Positions 63,706 through 64,000 of a stretch of 64,000 nucleotides of DNA are shown here, piece after piece. The stretch comes from the human T2T-CHM13v2.0 reference genome, Homo sapiens. The notes beneath the pieces are model-generated. The model saw only the letters and a program-made list of their open reading frames with translations. It did no database searches and was not told where the DNA came from. Position 1 is the first letter of the stretch, and every line of letters starts with the position of its first letter. The stretch lies in the NCBI RefSeq assembly GCF_009914755.1, contig NC_060927.1. The stretch is one strand, 5' to 3'. Made by a program: the position numbers and the translations under genes.

Positions 63706-64000
63706 AGTGTTCAAAAGATCATGTTTTCACACAAAGTAGGCATGTAATAAATTAATAAAAGAATAATCATTACCACAGTTAAAATATGGTTTAATAATAT
63801 TTTGGGGGGAGCCTAGGTATATGTAATATTTTAAATCTCTTTAACTTAGATTCAGAGAAGACCAAAGCTGATCTCACCAAAATCTCTCCACTCAGTTCTT
63901 CTCTGTTGTTTGGCCAGGTTAGTACCCAAAATAATTCTGGGTATATGGCAAGGTATTCTTTTATAATGACAGTCAAAGAAAAATGTATAATCTGTATTTT

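Overview
Human (primate) genomic DNA, recognisable as the CDCP1 (CD318/Trask/SIMA135) locus, recalled as 3p21.31. The gene lies on the minus strand. Exons 2-9 were located by hand with GT/AG boundaries: 60482-60273, 54305-53943, 52701-52333, 37312-37091, 35402-35022, 33283-32918, 30886-30799, and 27811 to stop 27382, followed by a ~3.3-kb 3'UTR ending near 24.0 kb. Exon 1 lies beyond the right edge. The coding lengths plus an 82-nt exon-1 CDS give 2511 nt (836 aa + stop). Positions 1-24 kb are repeat-dense intergenic DNA: MLT2, a MER4C/MER41 nest, a second MER41 with tandem GAS sites, a MER34/39-like LTR with MER2B, a full-length THE1A, and L1/L2/MIR/Alu copies. Almost all other ORFs in the track are Alu, LTR or microsatellite artefacts. 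I found no new gene system. The best leads are: (i) a ~467-bp, ~95%-identical inverted duplication flanking a 2.1-kb spacer, a possible inversion substrate; (ii) a cluster of MER41 STAT1/GAS sites downstream of CDCP1; (iii) an ectodomain apparently built from a duplicated three-exon module, with both the intron-4 stop/poly(A) and the protease site at the module boundary; (iv) several templated-insertion or template-switch scars and an unidentified retrocopied mRNA 3' end. Repeat subfamily names come from recalled consensus sequences, and repeat boundaries are approximate unless TSDs are quoted.
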